Below are positions 55,501 through 64,000 of a stretch of 64,000 bases of DNA, piece after piece. A model generated the notes under the pieces. It was not told the DNA's origin. It ran no database searches and saw nothing but the letters and a program-made list of their open reading frames with translations. How positions within the stretch are numbered: the first letter of the stretch is position 1; the number at the start of each line of letters is the position of its first letter. This DNA comes from Eledone cirrhosa (lineage: Eukaryota), in assembly GCA_964016885.1 (NCBI GenBank), contig OZ024743.1, forward strand, positions 42,470,001-42,534,000, written 5' to 3'. A program made the position numbers and the translations under genes.

Positions 55501-56091
55501 CGGCGCGGGGAAACCATATTTTTAACAATAAACGTTTGATTTTTTGGAGATATTTAGTAACATGACCTATTTTTCTCTATGAAATGTTTCATGTAAATAC
55601 AGTTTAATAGAAAAAGAAAAAAAGAAAATTTAGATTGAGAAGAATGGAATGAAAATAGGAAAATATGAAGAAAAAAGGGAAAAAGAAAAATCGGAAAAGG
55701 GAGAGAATGGCAAAGACTATATTGTCACAGAAGAACGGGGATGGGATGGGGGGTTATTGAGCTCTGCATCTAGGACGCAGCGGTAAAGGGGCTGCGACTC
55801 GTTGTCAATGGCCACCGACACCCGCTGCAACTGCCACGAAACGTCGCGGGACTCCTTATTCAGACGGGCCACCGACGTTACGAAAGTTTGATAGTGTAAA
55901 ATGTTTGAATGTGAAGCGAAAGAAAGAAAATGTTCCACACGATAGCAGTTAACAGTGAGAGAAGAATAAGGAGAGATGCAGAAGAAAAAGAAAAGATATG
56001 GGATACGACAACTGAAATGATGTGGCTAAGTTAAGAAGTGTAAATCTATTGCAGAGCAAAAGAATGTGACGCTAAATTACTCCAACACAGA

Positions 56092-56146
<55 letters not shown>

Positions 56147-57682
56147 TTGCTTCTTGTATATATATATATATACAAGAAGCAAAGAAAATTTCAATGATAA
56201 TTGAAGATTTCCTGGTGGAGGTTCCGGTGTATTCCGGGTTGGTATCCAGTTTCGGCGTGAAAATCCAATTAGAAAATACATATTGTATATAGAGAGGTCA
56301 AGATTTACTTTCCTACGTTCGTACAGTCATTCGTACGAGAGGAATATCAATTCTCTTCATATACATTCCAGTAAGACATAGCCTCTAACACTAATCATAG
56401 TTGCCACAATCGAAAAATATTAGACAGGTTTACAATATATGCATACTTATGGAGTCACAGAGCTACTTCTTCAAAATGAAGTAATACTTAATTCTCTATT
56501 AATTGAAAAATAGATTAAAATTTGTAACGTCGGCCTAACCTAGCCGAGAAGCGAAACAAATGGTCAACCAGTCATCATATAATTAATTTGATTGACAGTT
56601 TAATTAAAAGCATAGTTAAACCTTTCAGCTAAATTGATACAGGAAAACATCTTATATCATCGATCGTAAATTAATTGTTAATTTAACTTATTAAAGCATG
56701 ACTCACTACGTTACTTATCAAGTAGATTTTTCTGTATTGCACATGTCAATCTTTCTGACCTTAACAAGTATTATTTAGCGAGTAATATTCAACATTGCTG
56801 TCAGAAATGTATCTTCAGCGTAAATCTGATGTTTCTGGTGTACACACCTCGTCTATTTTAATTACGTAGTCACAGGGGAAGGGGCAGCGGGCATGACCTG
56901 TTTACGGGTCATCGTTGTATAGTTCAAGAAAATTATCCACCAGCCAGCTACTTGGGCCACATTTTTAAAGCAAAGCTTGTGTTTGAGGGTATGTGGGTTG
57001 TGTTTGTGTGTGTTTATGTGTTTGTGTATGTGTGTTTCTGTGATGCATCTTCGTTGATTGTGACACTGAGTGTCCCAATTGTTTGATCAACGGAATAGCC
57101 TGCTCGAAAATTTAATGGGTAAGTGCATGAGAATTCAGTGTAGCACATTGTGCGATGGTACTGATCCTTAGAAATACAGGTACAATTCATTGCTTTCTGG
57201 TGAGTGAACTAGAGCAACGTTTATTCTTAAGGGACATACTGTTCCGCTAGGAATTGAATTTATAACATTAAGACAGTAACCAAACCCCATACTTTCACAC
57301 AGCAAAGTGTACTCCGATAAAATAAACAATAAACAACACACTGGTCTGATATATATGCCAATAAATTGTTTAAGATTTTTAACACGATATTTATTTGCTG
57401 TTAGATAATATACACACTAAAACAAAAGAATCTGAGGAACCAAATGAAGGTCAAGCACATAATAGTCTGCCTCCCGTTACGACGATGAGTGTTCAGTTTA
57501 TGCAAAACAACTGAAGATAGTTCCTGAAATTAATGTGTAAGATGCTGAAACGTCCACGAACATATGTAACATTAAGCTAACTCTCAAGAAGTTTCAGTAT
57601 GACATTGTATGACAAGGCTGATCATATCAATTACAGAAACAATCCATTTCCCAGGCTACTAAACAGTTTCCATTATTAAGTT

Positions 57683-57788
57683 TCGCCGAGGTTAACTTTG
57701 CCTTTCATCCTTACGGGGTCGATAAAATAAAGTACCAGTAATGTATTAAGTAATTGCTGGCCTATTGCCAACAGCAGAAACAATTATT
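57683..57788 (+). mobile_element. 3' half of a Meta-domain SINE
   Basis: CGCCGAGGTTAACTTTGCCTTTCATCCTTACGGGGTCGATAAAATAAAGTACCAG...AGAAACAATTATT. Confidence 0.85.
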
Positions 57789-58476
57789 AAGTTTAACTTG
57801 CAAATAATGGGCCGTTCCGAAGCTAGGCAAAATAACACTTGCTCGAGATGCCACATACAGAGATGGAACGCCGCACTTTGTTATTGTTAATGTAAATGTT
57901 TATCCTTTTCGGTAGTCTCTGAGTACACAGCCAAGTTATTTTTGTATTGTGGATATATAACGCTGAGTAGGCTGCTTTTTATGGCTGATAATTTTCTTTT
58001 AACGTCACACATATAGAAAATAAATTATCATAAACTGTGAAATAAATATATTTCCATGTATATGTATGTGTGTTGTATTTGTTTTGTGAATATGGATAAG
58101 TGCACGTATTTACGTGCGCATATATATATGTGAGATTTCATAGAATAGAATAAAAATATAACAGTTACAGAAATATAACAGTTAAAGAAATAAACGAAGT
58201 GCTATCAGCTACGATTGGTAATGTCCAAGGCAAAGGAAAAGGCTCATACAGCCTGGTACTAGTAATACTACAGGCGAACTCGGAATATAAATGACCGAAA
58301 AGGCAAGGCTTGACGTCCAATATTCTATCACATACTCTGTTAATCGACTGTTACATCATTTATCATCCATCAAAAAAGAATGACAAATGTGACTTCATAT
58401 TTTTTTCTTTTTCTACCATGCATTTGTTCTCTCTTTAATACCTAATCGTCCAATAGAGGATTTTAGTCCAATAATA

Positions 58477-58520
<44 letters not shown>

Positions 58521-58601
58521 TTATTCCGGGTTGAATCCGGGGTAACCACAGTAAGTAAGGTAGTCACTACATAGCAGAATATAAATGTTTTAATATAGAA
58601 A

Positions 58602-58652
58602 AGCTTCTACAGGACTAGAACTGTTTCATTCGTGAGAAATCATCAGGAAGCT
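58602..58652 (-). ncRNA. Type I hammerhead ribozyme
   Basis: AGCTTC-CTGATGA-T-TTC TCAC GAA-T-GAAACAG-loop-CTGTA-GAAGCT; decayed inverted copy (CTAATTA) at 59695-59742. Confidence 0.85.
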
Positions 58653-58855
58653 GACTGTCCAAGTAAGTATTTATATATTTTCTTTTCTGGAGGTGGGATA
58701 GCGTGAGGATTGGGTAGGGTCATTGGTGGATGGATTTAAAGAAAAGAGAGTTCATTAAAAGCTAATTCTTTACAGCTATAATATTAACAAAGGCAGAAAG
58801 AATGCTGTAAACATGTTCAAATTGGAATACCAATCCTTGTTTATCTCTTAAACTA

Positions 58856-59437
58856 ATAACTGTTTCTACTTTTTGGCACAAGGCCAGCAATTACCCAGTG
58901 TATTACTGGCACTTTATTTTATCGACCCCGTAAGGATGAAAGGCAAAATCAACCTCGGCGGGATTTGAACTCAGATCGTAAAGGGACGTAACTATGCTGG
59001 AAAGCATGGCGTCCGACCCTCTACTGATACTGCCAATCCACATCTCTTAAACTAATAATTGTTTCTACTCTAGGCACAAGGCCAGCAAATACCCAGTGCA
59101 TCACTGGTACTTTATTTTATCGACCCTCTAAGGATGAAAGGCAAAGTCAACCTCGGCGGCATTTGAACTCAGATCGTAAAAGGACGTAACTATGCTGGAA
59201 AGCATGGCGTCCGATCCTCTACTGATACTGCCAATCCACATCTCTTAAACTAATAATTGTTTCTACTCTAGGCACAAGGCCAGCAAATACCCAGTGCATC
59301 ACTGGTACTTTATTTTATCGACCCTCTAAGGATGAAAGGCAAGGTCAACCTCGGCGGCATTTGAACTCAGATCGTAAAGGGATGTAACTATGCTGGAAAG
59401 CATGGCGTCCGACCCTCTACCGATACTGCCTAATCCA
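58856..59437 (-). mobile_element. Three tandem Meta-domain SINE copies (~197-bp period)
   Basis: Three near-identical SINEs, each adjoining TCTCTTAAACTAATAA. Confidence 0.92.
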
Positions 59438-59759
59438 ATGCCTGTAAGACAGGTGTCTACAGGATGAGCGGGGTTCATTGGTTTAAAGAAATTTTTTAAG
59501 GATTGGTATTCCAATTTTAACTTGTTTACATTGTTCTTTCTGCCTTTGTTAATAAAAAGCTTTAAAAAATTGGCTTTTAATGAACTCCATTTTCTTTAAA
59601 TCCATCAACCAATGACTTCCACTCATCCCAATCCCCACCCTCTCCTACCACCAGAAAAGAAAAGATATGATTACCACCACTTACTTGGACAGTCAGCTTC
59701 CTAATTATTTCTCACGAATGAAACAGTTCTAGTCGTGTAGAAACATATATATATATATA

Positions 59760-59888
59760 TAGGAAAAAAATCAGGACCCCGACGGCAGTGCTCAAGCCGT
59801 TTCGACGGCTATTTCTGAACTCAAATAGCCTGTCCAGAAATAGCCGTCGAAGTGGCTTGAGCTCAGCCGTCGGGGTCCTAACTCTTTT

Positions 59889-59893
<5 letters not shown>
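59760..59893. repeat. Palindromic mini-element in (TA)n, same family as 46304
   Basis: GACCCCGACGGC..CTCAAGCC..TTCGACGGCTATTTCTG and its reverse complement. Confidence 0.85.
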
Positions 59894-60282
<389 letters not shown>

Positions 60283-61312
60283 TATTATTGGACTAACATC
60301 CTCTAATGGACGATTATGTAATAAAGAGAGAACAAATGCATATTAGAAAAAGAAAAAAAATGAAAAATTAATATGAAGACGTAACTTTATCATATGAACC
60401 CAAAACAAAATGAACGTCATTTGTAAGACTTTCTGAACGCAGCATCTCCGTGTAGGTCTGATAGCTAAGGATATATCTTGGCTATCATTAGACTGATCGC
60501 AACATGTGGGAACTTGGATAAGACTAATTTACAATAAGTTAGAGTTGAGTAATGCTATGTGAACGAAATTATGGGCGAAAACACTTTCGAAGCCCGTCAG
60601 GTGGATATGTTTTCAAATGTTCTGGCATGTCACATAGTGTGTCACGATGAATCTCCCGTAAGAAGTGTATATGTGATTGTGGAATGTTCAGCAAGTTAGT
60701 TTTATTGTAGAAGCAGGCGATCCTATGATCAAAAAACAGGAACACTGATCGTCGAAATACATGCAGGTTCATTCCAGACCTCTTCCAATCGCACATGATT
60801 AAATTCCGTAATTTAGTCAGAATGCCGCAAACTAGATCGAAGCAATTACATGAAATTGAACGCACAACTATGATGTACAAATGATAGAAATATCAATAGA
60901 AAAGAACTCCGTGTTAATTATATAAGCAAGAGAAAAGGATGATCAGTTTGTCGTTTTAGATCTCATAGACAACTCGACGTCATTGATCCAGTTGCTAATA
61001 TGAAGGAGACTTATGGAGGAGCCATGAATCTATGTGAAAATCCAATAATTCGGATGTAGAACTGTTTCATAAACATTAAAGCAGAGGTTACACATCTTAA
61101 TTTTACTAGAAGATTGTCGGATAACAGCTTCTGAATGACTGAGCGAAAAATCGACGTTTCTAATACACTAAATCAGAATGAATTGCTGTATGTGTGTAAG
61201 TATTACTGTGAGTAAAATTGTAATTGACTAATCATCTAAGTACAGCATTTATTATACTCACGTTTCATATATTTTTCTAAGTGTATATATATATATATAT
61301 ATATATATATGA

Positions 61313-61393
<81 letters not shown>

Positions 61394-61704
61394 TAGGGAG
61401 AGAGAGAGAGAGAAATATACACGGGTGTGTATGATTGTGTATAGAAGATTATATTAATAAAAGGAATTCCAACTTTGTCTGATTTACTCGTTTTATTTAC
61501 AATCCTTTAACATTTTAAAAAATGTATAATGATATTAGAATGAAATAGTATGGTAGAATATTAAATGTTAAGTGATAATTGAACAAGTACTTTCATGCTT
61601 TCGCAATCTTCAGGTTCATATTTTGTGGTGCCAATCATGTTTGCAATTTTCAACTGAAAATTGCAAACTTGACTGTCACCACACAATATGAACCTGACTG
61701 AACT

Positions 61705-62526
61705 TTCGGGCCGGGGCCTATGGACAACTTCCAGAAATCCCTGGCCTGGCAGTGCTACCGAGGAGCTTTACCAGTTCGGGATAAACTCTACAGGCATGGA
61801 GGTGCCGTCAGCCGGGCATGTCCGAGATGCGCGCAGGGCGACGAAACCGTCCTGCATGCACTTGTCCAGTGTCCGGGCATTGCTGACTTGTGGGTTTATT
61901 TCGAACACCTGCTGTCGCGTGTAGAACGGATCCGACTATCAGCTGAGTCCATCGTTAGGATTGCCCCGCCCTCTTCTCTTGTCGGGAAGGGCAAGCAGTT
62001 TTTATCTCTCTGGTGGCCATGGCGAAAGAGATAGTATGGTGGATGCGCCTGAAAGGGCTGAAGACGAATATTTACGTCTTCGGTGATGCCCTGATTAACT
62101 TTTTCCAATTTCATTTGAAAAGGAAAATCAGGGTAGAGAGGGAGGTGCTCTATTCCCAGCTTGTTGTTTTATGGATGGGTGAGAGAGGCAAGAATAGCCC
62201 GAGTGAATTGACCTACTCTCAGTATATGCCTGTAAATTGAAGGTGGAACACTCGGAGAGGACAATTGCCCTGGTGGTCAGGGTCACCGTGGCTTCATTTT
62301 AACGGGCTTTCTCCACGATGGCCCTCGGAAGTCTCCCCGCTATTGGGGAATGTTTCATTGTTCTCTTATTACATCCTCTGTTTTTGTTTTGTTTTTTTTT
62401 TGTTTTTTTAACACGCAGAAATGCCCATTTGTACCGTCCTGTATTGTCCTGTACTGTCCTTAATGTCTACTTTGTGTAAACCCTTGTGGTTAGTAAAGAA
62501 AGCTTTATTATTATTATTATTATTAT
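61705..62526 (+). mobile_element. 3' end of a Tx1/L1-like LINE (CCHC zinc-finger region + 3' UTR)
   Basis: LAWQCYRGALPVRDKL...CPRC...ETVLHALVQC...LW; ends AAAGAAAGCT(TTA)n. Confidence 0.8.
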
Positions 62527-64000
62527 AGTTGCATTTATCTTGCGTTATGTTCATACGAGTTATCGCCAAGTCACAACCAGTGACCTCAAGAGACAAGGTC
62601 CGCCATGTTCAAGAAAGAACATACATACACACACATGCATCTTTAGGTGTTTAGACTTGTGATGTACTTATATTGACCGAATCTACCTTAGTATATGGGC
62701 AGTTCCCATTAGTACTGTCTTTTGTATTTCTCCTATACGCGGGTTTCCTGGGATTTGCGATAAGTAATCATTAGACCCCTTAGGTATCATTCCCAGAGCG
62801 CCTACAACCACTGGTATTGTTTTAGTTCTCAATTTCCACATTTTTCCAATTTCTATCTCCAGGTCCTTATACTTGCTCAATTTTTCAAATGTTTTTATAG
62901 ATACATTCTTGTCTATTGGAACGGACATATCAACCAGCAGGCATACCCTCTTTTTAAAGTCCTTCAGTATTATATCAGATCTATTTGCATCTATTTTTCG
63001 ATCTGTTTGGATGCTAAAGTTCCACAAGATTGAGATGTGATCTGTTTCAAGTATGGGAGGTGGTTGATGGTCCCACCAATTATTTTAATGGGGCAGGTCA
63101 AATTGCTTAAACATTATCCAATGTATGTATTGTGCAGCTCTGTCATGCCTATTTAGGTATTCGGTTGGAGCTATAGGACTGCACATTGAAATTATATGAT
63201 CAATAGTCTCTGGTTGTTTTTTACATACACGGCATAATGGGCTGCATCCATTTTTTATTATGTTGGCTTGGTAATTTGTTGTTGGGAGACAATGATCTTC
63301 TGCTGATATAATCAGTCCTTCAGTCTCCGATTTCAGTCCAGAGGATGCCAACCACAGATGGGTTGAAGTTTTGTCAACATCAGGATTGTTAGCTCTTTCT
63401 GGGTATTTTCCATACAGAGGCTTTTCTTGCCATTTCTTAGCCAGTTTCTGTAGCAGTTCTTTCTTTGCAGTTACTTTTACCTGCTTTGCTTTTTCTGTGT
63501 TTTCCATTTCAGCAGTAAATGGGACTTCTGAAATATGTAGTCCATTACTGTATCTTTGTGCATCTTTTGTAATGGAGTATGATCTTTTGATGCTTTCGTG
63601 TTTCAAAACGAGTTTGATCATCCAATCATGTGATTCCCTTAGATATGTAGATAATCCAATTGTTGCAGTTTTCAACGCAATATCTAACTGGATTAAACTA
63701 TGTCCTCCTTCTTTCCTATCTGTATCTGCCTTAGGGTGATGCATTCTGTGCATGGTTAAGAATTTTCGATTTTTTGTATCGAGCCTACGGATCTCTGTGC
63801 TTGACCAGTTGATGACTTTGTAACTGTAGGTTACGACTGGTATGGCAAGCGTGTTTATGGCATCGATCATATTCCTTGCATTCAATTCCGTTCTTAAGAT
63901 TGCTCTTACTCTGCGGTAACATTCCTTCCTTATCCTTTCCCTGATTGTCGAGGGCTTGTGTCCGTCTCCTTCACAAACAGCTAGATATTTGTAAGTTTCC
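62527..64000 (-). mobile_element. R4/Dong-like non-LTR retrotransposon (RT C-terminus, CCHC, restriction-like endonuclease), decayed; continues beyond the window
   Basis: AINTLAIPVVTYS, MHHPKAD, LKSETEG, CRVC...ETIDHIISMC, YLNRHD, IQTDR...NR.DII, VDMSVP, KYKDL, PVVVGALG; frameshift near 63085. Confidence 0.88.

Noticed and set aside
58856-59437. tRNA genes or a CRISPR-like array
   Set aside because: A/B boxes belong to SINE heads with no cloverleaf; repeats lack unique spacers and the DNA is eukaryotic

Overview
AT-rich, microsatellite-dense animal genomic DNA. The SINE and LINE content suggests a mollusc, probably a cephalopod (inference). I found no convincing host protein-coding exon; most ORFs in the track are translations of (TA)n/(CA)n. 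The window is dominated by retroelements: decayed Penelope-like elements (PLEs) of about three lineages (Neptune-like RT+GIY-YIG at 21.6-24.8 kb, Nematis-like at 16.9-19.6 kb and 41.7-43.2 kb, Naiad-like at 31.8-33.5 kb), an RTE LINE relic, a Tx1/L1-like 3' end, an R4/Dong-like RLE element, many tRNA-derived Meta-domain SINEs, a hAT-type MITE and a Helitron-like palindrome. The main unannotated signal is a dense, diverse set of type I hammerhead ribozyme (HHR) motifs read by eye: about 16 with an intact or compensated core and about 10 decayed. They lie in PLE 3' ends and in non-coding 420-540 nt tandem units inserted in (TA)n. Several carry very long (75-105 nt) stem II domains, a U3-A8 compensated core (UUGAAAA), non-canonical 10.1/11.1 pairs and palindromic stem III. 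Several palindromic mini-elements fold back at or near the ribozyme stem II or cleavage site. All folds are manual; no activity is shown.
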